IMG/VR virus record: IMGVR_UViG_3300032782_000002
Length of the DNA stretch: 64,000 bases
DNA from: a virus
Lineage: Duplodnaviria; Caudoviricetes
Direction: 5' to 3' (one strand)
Both the position numbers and the translations under genes were made by a program. Position 1 is the first letter of the stretch. Each line of letters begins with the position of its first letter. The notes beneath the pieces were generated by a model. That model made no database searches and had not been told where the DNA came from. It saw nothing but the letters and a program-made list of their open reading frames with translations. This document shows positions 1 through 11,400 of the stretch, in pieces.

Positions 1-27
1 CAAGAACCCATCCCCGCTGGCTGGCGC

Positions 28-501
28 GTGTGGCGCGGCAGCGTGCCGCCCGAGCTGACGCAGATCGCAATGGACGTGCGCGACCACGTCCGGCAGTACG
101 CGCGCGGCACGATCGTGCAGACGCTCAACTACAACGGGCAGACCGTCGGCGTCTTCGTGTCGAGCCACACCTGGACGTACCGCAAGCAGGCCGACGGCAG
201 CGTGAAGCTCGTAACGGGCATCTGCATCCCAGGCGTGTCGCTGCTCACGCAGCCGCCCGGTACCGGCGCGGCCCTCGGTGCCCCCGACGACACGACGCCG
301 CCCGATGATCTGAGCACGCCGGATCCGGACATGGCCGTCTTCGGCGCGGACGATGTGCCGATCGGCGCGCTCGTACCGCTCGGCAGCGCGCTCGCCGGAG
401 CCGTGGCGGGTTTCGTCTGCGCGGGGCCTGTCGGCGCGCTCGCCGGAGCCCTGATCGGCGCGACGATGGGGTGGGAGTGGGTCAAGAACAGCAACAGTTG
501 A
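28..501 (+). CDS. Hypothetical protein with C-terminal glycine-zipper membrane segment (may begin before the window)
   Basis: ORF with high-GC codon bias; C-terminal GSALAGAVAGFVCAGPVGALAGALIG. Confidence 0.6.
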   Translation: MWRGSVPPELTQIAMDVRDHVRQYARGTIVQTLNYNGQTVGVFVSSHTWTYRKQADGSVKLVTGICIPGVSLLTQPPGTGAALGAPDDTTPPDDLSTPDPDMAVFGADDVPIGALVPLGSALAGAVAGFVCAGPVGALAGALIGATMGWEWVKNSNS

Positions 502-525
502 ACTCGCCGCGCCTGTTGATACAGT
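498..525 (+). promoter_or_regulatory. Putative sigma70-type promoter, probably leaderless, for the gene at 532
   Basis: TTGAAC-N16-TACAGT ending 6 nt before ATG 532. Confidence 0.4.
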
Positions 526-531
526 CGCTGC

Positions 532-1410
532 ATGAGCCAATCGGAAGTCAATCAGTCCCTCGACGGCGTCTCGGTCATGCTCTGCACGCCCGTACGCGGC
601 GGCACGAGCCCGAGCTACAACGACGCGGTCGAGGCGCTGATGGCGTGGTGCCGCGCGCAGGGTGTGCCCATCGCGCGCCGGGTGGCCGCCGAGGCTCCGG
701 TGGACTTCGCGCGCGACGGCCTGGCCGCGGAGTTTCTCGCCGCCACGACCGACGTCGGCAAGCCGTACACGCACTGCCTCATGATCGACTCGGGGGTTGG
801 ATTCGGCGTCGAGTCGGCCAAGAAGCTGCTCATGGCCGACGAGGACTTCACCGCCGTAGCCGTACCTCTTCGTCGCAGTGACATCGAGAAGGCCGCCAAG
901 ACGGGCGACGCGCGCAACGCCACCGTGTTCGCCATCAAGCTCACGCAGTACTCGCGCGAAACGGGCAAGATGCGCGTCGTGCAGAAGAACGGCGCCGCGC
1001 TGGCCGAGATCGACGGCATCGGCGCCGCGATGATCTGCGTGCGCCGCAAGGTCTACGAGAGGATGTTCGACGCGCACCCGGAGCTGCGTCACCGCGGAGG
1101 CTTTCGCTACTTCGAGCCGAGCGTGCTCGACGATGACGGCGAGTCGCACGTCACGAAGCTGCGGCGCGCTGTCGAGAAGGCCCTCGCCGCGGACAGCTCC
1201 ACGCAGGCTCGCGACATGCTGCGCGCGGCACTCGCGGTCGACCACGAGCAGTACGAGGCGCGCGGCGAGGACATCTCCTTCAGCATGCGCTGGCGGCGCC
1301 TGCACACCGAGGACAAGCCGGCGCAGGTCTGGATGCTCTGCGACGCGCCCGTCGTCCACGAGGGGCACGGCATGTTCACCGGCAACATCGCCGACGCGCT
1401 CGGCTTCTAG
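532..1410 (+). CDS. GT-A fold glycosyltransferase-like protein
   Basis: VMLCTP start, ARDGLAAEFL, THCLMIDSG (DxD-like), IGAAMICVRR, GEDISFS.RW motifs. Confidence 0.7.
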   Translation: MSQSEVNQSLDGVSVMLCTPVRGGTSPSYNDAVEALMAWCRAQGVPIARRVAAEAPVDFARDGLAAEFLAATTDVGKPYTHCLMIDSGVGFGVESAKKLLMADEDFTAVAVPLRRSDIEKAAKTGDARNATVFAIKLTQYSRETGKMRVVQKNGAALAEIDGIGAAMICVRRKVYERMFDAHPELRHRGGFRYFEPSVLDDDGESHVTKLRRAVEKALAADSSTQARDMLRAALAVDHEQYEARGEDISFSMRWRRLHTEDKPAQVWMLCDAPVVHEGHGMFTGNIADALGF

Positions 1411-1817
1411 AGCCCGACGCCGCGCGCTCGCAGCGTCTGGCTGATCGCATCGAGCGACCAGCCGTAGTTCTGCGCCTGCGCGCGAATCGCCGGCCACGTC
1501 ATCCACGAGACGGGCAGCCCCTCGGCGGGCGAGCCCCGTCCGCGGGATCGCGGGGCGATGAAGACGTAGATGGGCGCGTCGCCCTCGCGCATGATCCCGA
1601 CGGGCACCAGCCCCACCGCCTGCACCGCCGTCTCTTCCTTCAGCTCACGCAGCGCTGCGGCCGCGGGCGACTCACCCACCTCGATGTGGCCGCCTGGAAT
1701 CGACCACTCATGAGGAGGTTCGGGCCGGCGCACGACCAGCCAATGACGACGACCGCGCTGACTGCGCGGTACGAGCACGATGGAGGCGCCTCGGTTCACG
1801 GCAGGAGCATCCCACAA
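1407..1817 (-). CDS. NUDIX hydrolase
   Basis: Nudix box GGHIEVGESPAAAALRELKEET. Confidence 0.9.
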   Translation of the reverse strand: MWDAPAVNRGASIVLVPRSQRGRRHWLVVRRPEPPHEWSIPGGHIEVGESPAAAALRELKEETAVQAVGLVPVGIMREGDAPIYVFIAPRSRGRGSPAEGLPVSWMTWPAIRAQAQNYGWSLDAISQTLRARGVGL

Positions 1818-1859
1818 AAGACGAGCGCCGCGTCTCCCGAATGAGGAGCGCGGCGCTCG
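1815..1859 (-). terminator. Intrinsic terminator after the basic-protein gene
   Basis: Stem GAGCGCCGCG...CGCGGCGCTC followed by TCTTTT on the minus strand. Confidence 0.7.
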
Positions 1860-1877
1860 GAGTCCGTCGGTCGGGGA

Positions 1878-2219
1878 CTACTTCTTCTTGCCCTTGCGCG
1901 CGGCCTTGCGGCGGCCGTGGCCCTTGGACACGGTCGCGGCGTAGACGCCGCCGCGGCGCGTGACCCACTTGAACTCGCTCTTGCGAGCGCCCGCGACCTG
2001 CCCGATCTTGTGCTTCCCGACGAGCTTGCGGCCCTTGCGGACGACGCTGCGCTTGTACGGGCGCTTCAGCTTGCGCTTGGTCGCATCGCCGAAGAGGCCG
2101 TAGTACGAGGAGGACTTCTTCTTGTGGTGGCGACGACGACGGTCGCCGAAGTCGCCTTCGAGGACTTCCAGATCGCCGAAGTCGGCGCCGATGACGCGGG
2201 AGGAACGTGTCGTAGCCAT
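1878..2219 (-). CDS. Very basic Lys/Arg-rich protein, possible DNA-condensing core protein
   Basis: 113 aa, K/R-rich; AGGAG RBS; followed by terminator. Confidence 0.65.
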   Translation of the reverse strand: MATTRSSRVIGADFGDLEVLEGDFGDRRRRHHKKKSSSYYGLFGDATKRKLKRPYKRSVVRKGRKLVGKHKIGQVAGARKSEFKWVTRRGGVYAATVSKGHGRRKAARKGKKK

Positions 2220-2367
2220 GATCTCTTGTCTCCTGGGAAACGATGCTCTCTATCGAGCTGCAGTCAGCATCCCGCGAGGTCACGCGCCCGTCAAGAGCCT
2301 CGCGCGTACGGGCATATATAACTTCGATATGACAATATCGACAGTCAATTGACTCTGAATCAAGTCG

Positions 2368-2808
2368 TCAGAGCACACCCGCCGCGTCGGCGACGGAGTT
2401 GATCTTCATCTCCGCCCGGAGCAGGGCAGCCAGCGGGTCGCGGCGCTGCCGCAGTATCTCGTAGCGGCTGCGATCGGTCGTCGTCCGGTAGACGAGCGCC
2501 TTGCGGCTCGGGCGCCCGCCGTTGACGAAGACCACGGGAATCCTGCGCAATCCGGCCATGACGGCCGCCGCCCGCCGGTGCGTCCCCGTCCAGTTCATGA
2601 AGTGCGCGCTGTCGAGGCGGAGCTTCACCTGTCCGCCGTCGAGCACTTCAACGGCGAGCGGGCGCCCCTGCCAGCCGTACTTGCGCATCCTCTGCACCAG
2701 CTCCTGCAGGTGGTGCATTCGCCGGATCTCGTGAAGAGGGATAATCCGACGAGGATCCACCATCACGACCCGAACTCGCCTGTTGTGGACTCGGGAAAGG
2801 CGGGGCAT
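2368..2808 (-). CDS. ParB/Sulfiredoxin N-terminal-like domain protein
   Basis: VDPRRIIP...GWQGRPLAV...GTHRRAAAVMAGLRRIPV. Confidence 0.65.
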   Translation of the reverse strand: MPRLSRVHNRRVRVVMVDPRRIIPLHEIRRMHHLQELVQRMRKYGWQGRPLAVEVLDGGQVKLRLDSAHFMNWTGTHRRAAAVMAGLRRIPVVFVNGGRPSRKALVYRTTTDRSRYEILRQRRDPLAALLRAEMKINSVADAAGVL

Positions 2809-2831
2809 ACTCGGTGTCAAGAGGATACACC

Positions 2832-3506
2832 ATGCCGAGCGTTCACGACGGGCTTCTGCGTCACCACCATGTCGGCCAGGGCAGTGCAGCCGCGGCCGCG
2901 GCGCAGGCCATGGCGCGCCCCCCTTCGTTCGGACCCCGCTACACGCCGGGCTTCGGAGGGCCGCATCCGATCGGGCGCGGCATCGGGCACTTCCGACCGA
3001 CGCACACCGGCCTCGTGACCTTCGATCGCGATCACGTCGGGGCCAGGGGGACGGCGGAGATCAGCGGCCAGGAGGACGTGCAGCCGGCCGCCGGCAGCGC
3101 GCCCGACCAGAGCCACTACACCCCGGTCAGCAGCGGCCCGGTCACCGACACGAGCACGCCGGGCGGCGCGCTGAGCAGCCTGCTCGGCAGCTCGTTCGGG
3201 GATCTCGGGGGCCTGTTCGGCGGTGGCGGCGGCGGCTCGAACGCCGTGACGGCGGCGAGCGTCGCGGACTCCGCGTCCCAGACCAACGTGCCGGTGAGCT
3301 ACAACCCGCCGAGCGGCGGCGGCATCGCTCCCGCGCCGCGTCCCGCACCGACCACGATCGTCCAGCCGCAGGCCGCCAAGAGCAACTTGATCTGGTGGAT
3401 CATCGGCGGTGTCGCCGCCGTCGCCGTCGGCATCATCATCTGGCGCCACTTCGGCCACAAGGGCGTCAAGGCCGCCGCCAAGGCCGCCAGCTACGCCTTC
3501 CGCTGA
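2832..3506 (+). CDS. Low-complexity protein with C-terminal TM anchor, putative virion membrane protein
   Basis: Gly/Ser/Pro-rich; LIWWIIGGVAAVAVGIIIW followed by a basic tail. Confidence 0.7.
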   Translation: MPSVHDGLLRHHHVGQGSAAAAAAQAMARPPSFGPRYTPGFGGPHPIGRGIGHFRPTHTGLVTFDRDHVGARGTAEISGQEDVQPAAGSAPDQSHYTPVSSGPVTDTSTPGGALSSLLGSSFGDLGGLFGGGGGGSNAVTAASVADSASQTNVPVSYNPPSGGGIAPAPRPAPTTIVQPQAAKSNLIWWIIGGVAAVAVGIIIWRHFGHKGVKAAAKAASYAFR

Positions 3507-3771
3507 ACGGCCCGTGAGCGCGAGCCGCGCATACGCCACCATCGTCGGGCGCTTCCGGTGGCGGTTCGACACGCGCGCTCGCGCCTGGACCGTGCTGGGG
3601 CGTCGCGACATCCGCATCGTGCCCGTCATCCTCAAGGCGCGCGGCGGACGCCTCCATCCCGCGTGGCGCCTCGAACCGAGCGCCCGCATCTACCGCGAGT
3701 ACACCGATGCGATGATCGACGTGGACGCCGATCCGCCGTCCGCCGACCACCGCCCTTCCCGGAGATCCTAG

Positions 3772-4377
3772 ATGCCCGCCGAGACCTTCTCCGCCGCCAA
3801 GGCCCGCCTACTCGCGCAGCTGGCGCAGATGGGATGGACCGTCCGCAGTCAGCTCAAAGTCCCGTGGGCCGAGCCGCCGAGCCACGCCTACCGGATCTGG
3901 TTCAAGCCGCAGGCCGTGTACCTGAATGAGCACTCGCTGTTCATGGACATCCGGGGTATGCCGGCGGCAACCTTCATGGCGCACGTCGACCACGCCGTCG
4001 TCGTCGCCACGCGCTACGCCAGCCGCCTGGTCAATCCCCACAACCCCAGGAGCACTCCCAAGGCGACGCGTGCGGCGTCGAAGGAACGGCTGCTCGCGTA
4101 CCTGCAGGGGCGAGGGATGACACCCGAACAGGCGGAGCGCGAGTACCGCCGCCTGACGAGCTACAACTGGGCCAACGCCGAGGCGCCGCACTTCCAGATC
4201 AGCGCGCGGGCGACCCGCGGGGGCTGGCGTGGAGTCGCTACCCTCGGGGGCGGCGTCGTCGCCATGAAGACCGTACCGATCTTCCGGTCGAAGGACGACG
4301 CGGAGAAGGCCATCCGGGCGTGGCTCAAGGGGCGCGGCGCCCACGCCGATCGCCGCCGTCGGCGGCGGAAGCGCTAA
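3772..4377 (+). CDS. Hypothetical protein
   Basis: 201-aa ORF with typical codon bias. Confidence 0.6.
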   Translation: MPAETFSAAKARLLAQLAQMGWTVRSQLKVPWAEPPSHAYRIWFKPQAVYLNEHSLFMDIRGMPAATFMAHVDHAVVVATRYASRLVNPHNPRSTPKATRAASKERLLAYLQGRGMTPEQAEREYRRLTSYNWANAEAPHFQISARATRGGWRGVATLGGGVVAMKTVPIFRSKDDAEKAIRAWLKGRGAHADRRRRRRKR

Positions 4378-4483
4378 TCAACTTCGTATTCGTTTCTAAT
4401 CAATCCACACTAGAAACTAATCAATCGAAGGCGCGCGGAGGCGGCAAACTGCCTTGACGCCCCCTGTAGGGCACTTCTACCAT
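4374..4483 (+). promoter_or_regulatory. Three phased CTAATCAA direct repeats upstream of a sigma70-type promoter
   Basis: CTAATCAA at 4374, 4396, 4417; TTGACG (4454)-N18-TACCAT (4478). Confidence 0.6.
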
Positions 4484-4490
4484 ACAGACC

Positions 4491-4928
4491 ATGCCCACCT
4501 ACGAAGCTGGCGCAACGACACCGGCCGCCGGCTCTGCTGCCGCCTACGCCACGTTCAACACCAACGCGCGCCGCTCGTTCCTTCGCGAGATGGGCCTGTT
4601 CACGACCGCGGCGACCGCGTCGTCGATCGGTCTGGGCGTCCCTGGCAACACGCCCTCGACGATCTCCGGCATCACGCCGCAGCCGAAGGACGCCGCCGAC
4701 ATCGCGGCCACGGCGACGCTGGCCACGAGCTGGACGACAGTCCCCACCGCGCCCACGACGTTCTTCCGCAAGGTCACCTTGGGGGCGGCCGTCGGAGCAG
4801 GGGTCATCTGGAAGGTGGCTCTGGACGAGCGCTGGATCCTCGGCACGGGCACCAAGTACTACGTCTGGTGGAACTACGGCGGGAGCACCGGCTCCGCCCT
4901 GGACATGTACGTCGAGGAAGACGAGTAA
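4491..4928 (+). CDS. Putative virion structural protein
   Basis: Thr/Ala/Gly-rich beta-type sequence; first gene of the operon leading to the giant protein. Confidence 0.6.
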   Translation: MPTYEAGATTPAAGSAAAYATFNTNARRSFLREMGLFTTAATASSIGLGVPGNTPSTISGITPQPKDAADIAATATLATSWTTVPTAPTTFFRKVTLGAAVGAGVIWKVALDERWILGTGTKYYVWWNYGGSTGSALDMYVEEDE

Positions 4929-4933
4929 GGTCC

Positions 4934-5383
4934 ATGGCCGACAAGTCCACGAGCAAGACGCCGGACGCCCCCGCTCCGTCGGGGTGGGGCATCGTCTACC
5001 GGGGGCCCAAGGCGCCGACCAAGGTCGGTGGCTGCGGGCCCTGCCTGTCGGCCGCTGCGGGTCTCTGCAGCGCGCAGCCCCCGCACGCCAACTACACCGA
5101 GGGCTGCGGCCTGTGCCTGGCCGCGCGCGACAAGGTCTGCCGCACCCACGGCATGGGCGTCACACGTGCGCTGGACGAGTACGGCAAGTCGCTCACCGGC
5201 AGCGCCGCCAAGACGTTCGCGGCAACCCGCACGCTGGCGGACGCCGAGCTGACCGAGATCTCCGACACCGCGCAGGTGGAGATCGAACTGGGCGGCTCGC
5301 AGGGCGCCCACGTGGACGGCGCGGGCGCCGCCACCGGCGCGCCGGCTCGCGCGCTCATCCTGATCGTCCGGCAGACCGGCTGA
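4934..5383 (+). CDS. Cys-rich hypothetical protein
   Basis: MADKSTSK start; CGPC..C..H and CGLC..C..H motifs. Confidence 0.6.
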   Translation: MADKSTSKTPDAPAPSGWGIVYRGPKAPTKVGGCGPCLSAAAGLCSAQPPHANYTEGCGLCLAARDKVCRTHGMGVTRALDEYGKSLTGSAAKTFAATRTLADAELTEISDTAQVEIELGGSQGAHVDGAGAATGAPARALILIVRQTG

Positions 5384-5422
5384 GCGGCCGAAGCGGGGCT
5401 GATACACCTGAGGAGGTAATCC

Positions 5423-8400
5423 GTGGCGATCGTCGGCGGCATCATCGTCGCTGGCGCGATCGGCACGCTGCAGGACACCGTCGCGCAGGCGTCCCTCGGC
5501 GCCATCGTGGCCGCCACAGTCCCGTCCGTTCCGGATCTGCCGCCCGCTCAGCTGCTCACAGGCGGCGTCTACGCGCTCAACGGCGCAACGAAGGAGGGGC
5601 GTGCCTTCACGTCCGGGCCTGGCGCCATCGGCGCGGGCGCCGGCACCCAGGGCACATCTCTCAAGTGGTACTTCATCAACGCGGCGGCCGCGGGCTCGTC
5701 GCACATGGCCCTCACCACCGGGCCCGCGCCCGCGACGGCGACGCTGGCGAGCACCGGGTGGACGGTCGGCACCACGGCGAGCGGCAACTACTCGGAGTTT
5801 CTCTACAACACCAAGCGAGCCGCTGCGACATTCGGCTCGACGGTGCTGCCTAACGCGGCTCCGACCACCAACGACTGCGCGCGCACGCAGAGCCCGTACA
5901 CCGGCTACTTCGCGGCCGGCACGTGGTCGATCAAGGTCTCGTTCATCGCCGGTGTCGCGGCGACCGGATCCGGCAACCTGCGCGTGCGCGTGTGGCGCAG
6001 CTCGAACCCCACCGGCTCCGGCGCCGTCGAACTCACGACGGCCACGCTTGCGCTCTCGGGTGTCAGCAACCTGACCACGAGCACCGCACAGAACACGAGC
6101 GTGACGTGGAACCCGGGGCCCATCACGCTCAACAACGAGTACCTGTTCTTCGAGATGGCGTGGAACATCACTGGCGCCAGCGCCAGTTCCACAGCCTCTG
6201 TCGAGTGGCGTACGGACGCGACCAACTCGATCATCACAGCACCGGCCTTCACCTCGACATCCGTAGGCGGCGCGATCGTCACCGGCGGCACCGAGCTGCC
6301 GACGATGTCGCAGAACCTGATCGGCATCACGCAGGCCGCCGACATCCTCTACCCGGTCCCGCTGCCGCCGACGCAGTACATCCAGCCTGGTGCCAACCTG
6401 CCCATCAAGGGCGGCGTGAACGTGACCGGTGCCCTCGGCACCCTGCTCGCGGGCTCGATGGCGGCGTTGCCGACCTACGTGGGCAACCTGGCCGTGGGCG
6501 AGGCCACGACGTCGGCGACCTTCGGAAGCAAGGTCAAGCCTGGGCGCGCGATCGTCGTCATCGTCGCCAACCAGGGAAGCTCGGGCGTGACCTTCACCGG
6601 CGTGACGGACACGGAAGGCAACACCTACGTGCCGGTCGGCAACGGCATCTACGACAACGTCACGAACAACACGCAGATGCAGTTCTACGTGGCGTTCAAC
6701 GTTGCCGGAGATCCGGTGACGCCAAACACGGTGTCGTTCACGACCTCGGGATCGACGTCCGCGCTAGCCATCTACGCCTTCGAGGTCTCCGGTATCGCGG
6801 CGTTCGACAACGGGGCGGGCGCCACAGGTTCGTCGGCGACAGCCGCCACCGGCGCATTCCAGGTGCACCACGGACAGTCGATCATCTTCGCTGCGACGAT
6901 CAACTCGGGTAGCGGGTCTGCCGCGACCGCTCCCTTCAAGTTGATCCAGAAGACCGCGAACTTCGCCGACATTCTGGAGTACGCCACGCTGGGAGGGCCG
7001 GGAGCGATCAACGCGCAAGCGGCGCTCAGCGGCTCGCAGACGTGGGGCATCGTCGCGGCGTCCTTCTACGCCCCATCGGACACGTCTTCGATCAACGCGC
7101 GTGTTGCGGCACCCGCCGTGTACACCGATCTGCCGGTACCTCTGGAGCAGATCTTCGCCGGAGTCGTACCCCCACCGCCCGTGCCGGTACCGTTCCAGAC
7201 GCTGTATTACGGGCTGCCGCCGCCGGTGCCCGACTTCCCGATCCTGCTGTCGCAGTTCCTGATGTCGGGTGAGGCCGAGGGCATCCTCGACTCGACGACC
7301 ATCGGTGTCGGCTCGGGCGTCTACCCGCTCGGCGGTTTGAACATCACGGGGCAGCTCGGCACGCTCTACGTGCAGGCATCCACCACACCCGCCATCGCCT
7401 TCAAGCAGGGCACGTCGGTCGAGCAGCCGGCCGGTAGCATCGCGTCCCCCGCCACGACAACCGCGTTCAGCTCGTCCAACGTGGCGGGCAACGCCATCGT
7501 CGTCTTCGTGCTCTGCGGCATGACGTATCCGCACAACGGCTTCCCCGGCACGACGGTCACGGACACGCAAGGCAACACGTACAACCTCGTGCAGCAGTGG
7601 GATGGCACCGCGAGCGCCAGCTTCGGCGCCACGTCCATGGGTGTGTACGTGGCGTTCGGCGTCAAAGGCGGCTCGGGCAATCAGGTCCTCTGCAACTTCA
7701 CGACGACCAACGTGCACGAGATGTCCGCCGTCGCCGTGGAGTACTCCGGCATCAACGCGTACGACGCCGGAGGCGCCGACGACACGAGCACGTTCGGCGC
7801 GCAGCTCGCCACGGTGGACACCGGAAGTTTCACCACCAACCAGGTGGGCGTCATTCTCGCTGCAGCGTCAAGCAGCGCCGCGAGCGTCAGCTCGGCCGGT
7901 GCAGGCTACGCGCTTCGACTGAGCACATCGATCGTCGCGACAGGCGCGGAGGACAAGGTCAACGCGGCGGCAGGGACCAACGACGCGACGCTCGTGTTCT
8001 CCGGTACCGGCAACTGGGGCATCATCGCCGCGAACTTCTACTGGTCCGGCGGTTCGGTCCCCACACCGTTCAACGCGCTCCGGCCCGCACCGAGCGACGC
8101 GGCGCTGCTGCCGATGCCGATGGCGCTCGACAACGGCGAGTCCCTCGGGATCACCGGAGCGTACGGCGCACAGATCACCACCGGGTTCGGCGGTGCCGGT
8201 CCGCCTCCCACAGCGGTCATCCTCAACAACATTCCGCTGCCGCCCACCGAGCTAGATCTGCCTCCCTTCCAGGCGCTCGACAACGGCGAGAGCTACGGGA
8301 TCACCGGCGCCTTCGGAGCCCAGATCACGACGGGCTTCGGTCAGCCCGCGCAGGTCGCGGTCATCTACGACAACCTTCTGCTGCCGCCGACGTTCCCGTT

Positions 8401-11400
8401 CGAGACGCCGCCACCCCAGGCGCTGTACGCCGGGCGTCCGTTCACGGTGGTCCAGACACCAACGCTGTTCGTCCAGGGCTCGTCGGCCATCTCGTTCTCG
8501 ACCGTCCCGACGCTCGATGCAGCAGCGTTCCCCAACGCACAGACCGCGGGCGACACGATCGTCGTGTTCGTGGGCACGAACGTCAAGACCGACATCGTCA
8601 CGGGCGTGACCGACACGGCCGGCAACCACTACGTACGTGGCGGCGTGCAGTTCGGCTCGCTCAACAACTTCACCGTCACGATGTACTACGCCACCAACAT
8701 CAAGGCGGCGAACGCCGGCACAAACGTCGTCACGGCGAGCTTCAGCCCGAACGCCGTGCACCCCGAGATCCTCGTCGCCGAGTACAGCGGCATCGGGAGC
8801 CTGTACACGACCGTCGGCGGTGAATCAGCCATCGCCACGCTGACGCTGACAGGTGCCTCGAATACGCCAGGCCAGATCTTTATCGGGAGCGCCAACTCCG
8901 CGTCCGGTTTGATCCCGCAGCCGCCCGCAAACCAGCGGGTGCTCGATGGGTACTCGGACGCGATCTACGATCTCATGGCGCCATCGCCAGGGACGTACAC
9001 CATCACCGAGTTCGGCTCGAACGCCGTCGGTCTGCTGGGCATCTTCACGCCCCAGTACAGCGCGAGCCTGAATACCACCGCGATCGGTGGCTTCAATTCC
9101 ATCGCGCTCGGAGCCAACGTCATCCAGCCGCCATCCATGCTGGCTCCGGCGCTGCTACCGCCCGATACGCGGCTGCCGCCACTCGACTATGTGCTCGCGG
9201 GTGTAGCGCCGACGACGACACAAGCCGTCATCCTGCAAGCGACGCAAGCTCCCGCCGCCGCCGACTTGCCGGCTTGGGAGCGGCTGACCAGCGGTCTCTA
9301 TCAGGACGCGAGCGTCATCGGCGCCATCGCACGCGGCGCGGGACAAGCAGCCCAGCCGCCTGTCGTCATCGTGGGCCCACCCGACGCACGCTCTCCGTGG
9401 CCGACCACGGTGGACGAACTGCTCGTCGGGTACGGCCAGGCCGCGCAACCGCCCGTCATCGTCAAGCCTTACCTGCTGCCTCCCAGTGCTGATCTGCCGC
9501 CGCTCGATTCCGTGCTCAAGGGCTACGGGCAAGCCGCTCAACCGCCCGTGCTCGTCGAGGCGTTCTTGCTACCGCCCGACACCCTGCTGCCTCCGTGGGA
9601 TCGACTCACGAGCGGCATCTACCAGGATGCGTCGGTGATCGGAGCGATTGCTCGCGGCGTCGGGCAAGCGGCGCAGCCACCCGTCATCATCGCGCAGCCC
9701 CTGGTAGCGCCCGAGACGCAGCTGCCGCCGCGCGACCAGCTCGGATCGGGGCAGGCGTTCATCGGCACGTGGGACGCCTTCACGGGCGGCTTCGGTCAGG
9801 CAGCGCAACCGCCGGTGATCGTCAAGCCGTTCATCCTGCCACCCGAGACGCAGCTGCCGCCCCACGACTACGTGCTGACCGGATACGGACAGGCCGCGCA
9901 GCCGCCGTTCTTCGTGCAACCGGTGCTGGTGCCGCCGTTCGCCGATCTGCCTCCCTGGGATCGGTTGACGTCCGGGATCTATCAGGACGCCTCCGTCGTC
10001 GGCGCCATTGCTCGTGGAGCCGGCCAGGCTGGTCAACCACCCGTCATCGTGCGGGCCGTCTTGCTGCCTCCGGACACACCGCTGCCGCCGTGGGAGCGCC
10101 TCACGAGCGGTGTGTACCAGGACGCCTCCGTGATCGGTGCCATCGCACGCGGCGCCGGGTATCCCGCGCAGCCCCCGGCCATCATCGTCGGCCCTGTCGA
10201 CCCACGGTCGCCGTGGCCGACCACTGTCGATGAGCTGCTCACGGGCTATGGCCAGGCAGCGCAACCTCCGGTCATCGTCAAACCCGATCTGCTGCCGCCG
10301 GCCACGGATCTGCCGCCGGTGGACACGATTCTCGCGGGCTACGGGCAGGCCGCCGAGGCGCCGTTCTTCGTACGCCCCTTCCTGCTGCCGCCCGAGACGC
10401 TCTTGCCCCCGAAGGACTACATCTTCGCGGGCGCAGGCCAAGCCGCTCAGCCTCCCGTCATCGTCTACGCGCGCACGATCCCGCCCGAGACCCAGCTGCC
10501 GCCGAACGACTACGTACTCAAGGGCTATGGACAGCCCGCACAACCGCCCGTCATCATGGTCGGGCCGATCGATCCCCGTGCGCCCTGGCCCACGACGACC
10601 GACGAGCTGCTCGTCGGGTACGGACAGCCCGCGCAGCCACCGGTCATCCTCGTCGGACCGCCGGACGCACGCTCGCCCTGGCCGACAACCGTGGACGAGC
10701 TGCTGACGGGGTACGGACAAGCCGCCCAGCCGCCAGCCATCATCAAGCCGTTCTTGCTCCCACCCGACACTCCGCTACCAGAGTGGCAGCGCCTCACCGC
10801 GGGAGCGATGCTCGATGCCGGCGTCATTGGCGCGATCTCGCGCGGAGCGGGCCAAGCCGCGCAGCCGCCTGTCATCGCGAAGCAGGATCTGCTCCCGCCG
10901 TTCACCACGCTGCCGGAGTGGCAGAGGCTGACTGCAGGGGCGCTGCTCGACAGCGCCGTCATCGGAGCCATCAGTCGCGGCTCCGGTCAGGCCGCACAGC
11001 CTCCGGTGATCGTGAAGCCGGATCTGCTGCCGCCCAGCGCCGATCTGCCCCCGCTCGACTACTCCATCGCGGGCTTCGGTCAGGCAGCGCAACCGCCCGT
11101 CATCATCTACGCGCGCGTCGTACCGCCGGACGCCGCGCTGCCGCCCACCGACTACGTCATCAAGGGGTTCGGCCAGGCGGCTCAGCCCCCCGTGATTGTC
11201 GTAGGCCCGGTCGACCCGAGATCGCCTTGGCCGACGACCGTCGATGAACTGCTGACCGGATACGGTCAGGCGGCTCAGCCTCCGGTCATCGTCTTCGCGC
11301 GTCTCATCCCACCGGAAGCGCCGCTGCCGCCGCCGCAGCAGATCGAGCCCGGCGCGGGCTTCCCGCCGCAGCCGCCGAACATCACCTTCCCGGTCATCGT

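Noticed and set aside
494-511. 14/18 match of the guide at 61497-61523 to the promoter region at 494-511
   Set aside because: With ~82 guides against 128 kb of both strands, many 14/18 matches are expected by chance, and the mismatches are central
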